Below, one piece after another: positions 6,331-8,597 of a stretch of DNA of 8,597 bases. The stretch's first letter is position 1, and each line of letters begins with the position of its first letter. The notes below the pieces were generated by a model. The model searched no databases and was not told the origin of the DNA. It saw nothing but the letters and a program-made list of their open reading frames with translations. Origin of the DNA: an uncultured archaeon (GTDB taxonomy: Archaea > Asgardarchaeota > Thorarchaeia > Thorarchaeales > CAZPUN01); the NCBI GenBank assembly GCA_964589775.1, contig CAZPUN010000042.1, forward strand, positions 1-8,597, in the 5' to 3' direction. A program made the position numbers and the translations under genes.

Positions 6331-8597
6331 AAAAGAACCTCGTTACATTAGGGTTTTTAATATGGATAGTCAGTATTGGCTCTATGGCAGCTACTGTAAA
6401 TGCCGTGAGCATTCCTGAAAAATCCATATTTAATAATGAGGCATCTTTAGATTTACCTGATGATGATATTGACTTTGATGACATTGTCTTTATTGCGGAT
6501 CCCAATTATGACGATTTTCGACCCATAATTGAACGTCTGCGAGAAATTCTGACATATGTCTATGAAGAGCCAAGTATTGCATGGGTAAGTTCTTCAGATG
6601 AACTCGTAAACACAATAGATCGAAATGCTATGGCTGTTGTGTATTTCCTCAATACGTCTCTTGAAGGTGTACATGTAGGAAATGAAACAGTGTCTTGGGC
6701 TGATTTTTCCGAGGCACTGATACGAAGCGATTTGACATCTCACGTTCTGGGAATTGGTGACACTGTTAAGATCGATGAAGTTATCCAGAATGTTCCCTCA
6801 AACTTGTATTATGATGGCGGAGATGTCTTAGACATCGATTTAGCATTCTTTTACGATTTATGGACACTATCCGACTTAGTTGGCGCTAAAGCATCAATAG
6901 ATGAAGCATATAATAAATCGTCTATTGCAATGAAGCAGATTGCTCTGGAATTCTGGAGTGACAACTTTAACGCACTTACATCGCGTGCATTTGACCCAGT
7001 AAATCCAACTGGAGAACTTGATTATCAGAAAAGACTTGAACAAATCGACTATGTACGTCGTGAGAAATTCCCTGAAGTTTGTGAGAAGCAATATCCAACT
7101 GAAGTTATAGATGGTGTTGAAGTTCCTGTTGAACCAGCGATTGATTTGAAATCGTATGCTGATTTTGACAGTGCAACTGAGATTCTATTATCATTCTTAC
7201 CTGAGTCTTCTGGTCTTCAGGGACCAATGGGCAATATTGTTGATTTACTTTTGGAACTTTTAATAGATACTGGTTATGATGCATTATCCATACCAAAAGA
7301 TGTTGGAAATCAAATTATTACTGGCATCAAACAAGTTTATGAACTCATTGGTGTTTTTAAAGAAGATACGAGTTCTGGTTTAAAGGCACTACTTAGTACA
7401 GTTGCTAAGAACTTTCCGTTCCCTGAAGAATATAAGAAGTACTTTGATTTATTCACAGACGCTCTATTTTCGCTTCGTGGCGATTTTGATGATGTTATGG
7501 ATGTAATCCAAACAGCGATTAATACATTATGGCCATCATCTCTTCCAGAAAATATTAAGAACATAGTTCTGGAAATTATCAACATCACGCAGGGTGTAAA
7601 AGACACAATTAATAGTTATGATTCAGTGTATAAGGCATTGGCTGCATATCTCAGTAAGAATCTCACAAAAGAATTGATCTATGACTTTCTAAATGATACC
7701 TTAGGTGTAGATGCGGCAAAGATTGAGGAATATGTTCGAACCGGAAAAGCATATTTTGATATGATTGTTGATTTTGTTCTCAACTTCAATGCCACTGACC
7801 TTGCGTACAAAATCGGCACTGAGCTACTAAGCATGGCATATGATTATTTTGATTCCACAATTGGGAAACAAATTGGAGCCAAAATTTCAGCCATCGTGCG
7901 ATTTGCATTGGCAATAGCAGGAATCACTAAGGAAAAAATAATTGATACGATGGAAGACTTGATTGCACAATATATTCCAATTAATGAATTCAAAGACCAA
8001 GTAAATGGCATTCGAAAACTTGCAGAAAACATTTCAGATACATTCAAAGATTTCTATGATGGTGTAATTACAGATATTGATGTTGTATCATCAAAGCTTG
8101 ATGCTGCGATTCGCCAGGCAATAAGTACCATTACTTACGTCGGAATTGATGGAGACATGCAAGTTCTTGCTGTAAGCCAAGACTTGATAACTTCACTTGA
8201 AAAAGCAATATTGCTTGGTATTGCGGCATATAAAGGAAATGTTGATACAAGCAAGCTACCAAAATTAGGTCAGGATATTATTAAGCCCCTACTTGGCGAA
8301 TTTGGTTTAAACACTACCACTATTGATAGTATCACCGAAAAAGTATCGCTTGCCCTAAACTTTACTATGGGCATTTATGCCGAACTAAAGAATGCGGACC
8401 AGCTCAAACAATTCATAGCGGGCAGCAAATCTAATTTTAAGAGTTGGCTCGGTGATATCAAATCAATGATTCGCACAGTTCTTCAAGAATTCATACCAAG
8501 TGATAAATTCAGTGCGTATGAATCGCAAATCAATGAGTTTATCGATATTGTGCAAACATTGATCAATCTCTACAAAGATAATGCAGATAAAAGCATT
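6327..8597 (+). CDS. Large secreted/cell-surface protein of unknown function (>=757 aa, 3' truncated)
   Basis: Manual translation shows no stop from ATG 6327 to the window end. Sec signal peptide MKKNLVTLGFLIWIVSIGSMAATVNA (VNA cleavage site), acidic linker LPDDDIDFDD, an alpha/beta domain, then long amphipathic helical segments. Ten N-x-S/T sequons counted. Confidence 0.92.
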   Translation, partial: MKKNLVTLGFLIWIVSIGSMAATVNAVSIPEKSIFNNEASLDLPDDDIDFDDIVFIADPNYDDFRPIIERLREILTYVYEEPSIAWVSSSDELVNTIDRNAMAVVYFLNTSLEGVHVGNETVSWADFSEALIRSDLTSHVLGIGDTVKIDEVIQNVPSNLYYDGGDVLDIDLAFFYDLWTLSDLVGAKASIDEAYNKSSIAMKQIALEFWSDNFNALTSRAFDPVNPTGELDYQKRLEQIDYVRREKFPEVCEKQYPTEVIDGVEVPVEPAIDLKSYADFDSATEILLSFLPESSGLQGPMGNIVDLLLELLIDTGYDALSIPKDVGNQIITGIKQVYELIGVFKEDTSSGLKALLSTVAKNFPFPEEYKKYFDLFTDALFSLRGDFDDVMDVIQTAINTLWPSSLPENIKNIVLEIINITQGVKDTINSYDSVYKALAAYLSKNLTKELIYDFLNDTLGVDAAKIEEYVRTGKAYFDMIVDFVLNFNATDLAYKIGTELLSMAYDYFDSTIGKQIGAKISAIVRFALAIAGITKEKIIDTMEDLIAQYIPINEFKDQVNGIRKLAENISDTFKDFYDGVITDIDVVSSKLDAAIRQAISTITYVGIDGDMQVLAVSQDLITSLEKAILLGIAAYKGNVDTSKLPKLGQDIIKPLLGEFGLNTTTIDSITEKVSLALNFTMGIYAELKNADQLKQFIAGSKSNFKSWLGDIKSMIRTVLQEFIPSDKFSAYESQINEFIDIVQTLINLYKDNADKSI

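Noticed and set aside
6305-8047. Minus-strand ORFs 6305-6505, 6894-7091, 7105-7296, 7337-7606 and 7844-8047
   Set aside because: They are antisense to the uninterrupted 757-codon plus-strand frame, which has a clear signal peptide.

Overview
AT-rich archaeal chromosomal window, judged from GGTGA/GAGG ribosome-binding sites, BRE/TATA-like promoters and a Pyrococcus-type tungsten FOR; an Asgard-like lineage is plausible but not demonstrable here. Gene order: truncated MoaD/ThiS ubiquitin-like sulfur carrier (-, missing from the ORF track); Rpn-like PD-(D/E)XK nuclease with a 9-aa-repeat C-terminal tail (-); Nudix hydrolase (+); tungsten formaldehyde:ferredoxin oxidoreductase (+); purB-purM operon (-); AT-rich intergenic region with exact 20-bp direct repeats; a >=757-aa secreted, sequon-rich protein running off the right edge (+, missing from the ORF track). 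The best candidate for an undescribed system is the nuclease gene. It carries a strong internal archaeal Shine-Dalgarno (AAGGTGA) 8 nt before in-frame Met182, predicting a nested 92-aa repeat protein, i.e. a possible archaeal gene-within-gene toxin/antitoxin defence module like bacterial RpnL/RpnS. The second candidate is the giant secreted protein, which appears to have a catalytically dead caspase/CHAT-like N-terminal domain and a translationally coupled upstream peptide.
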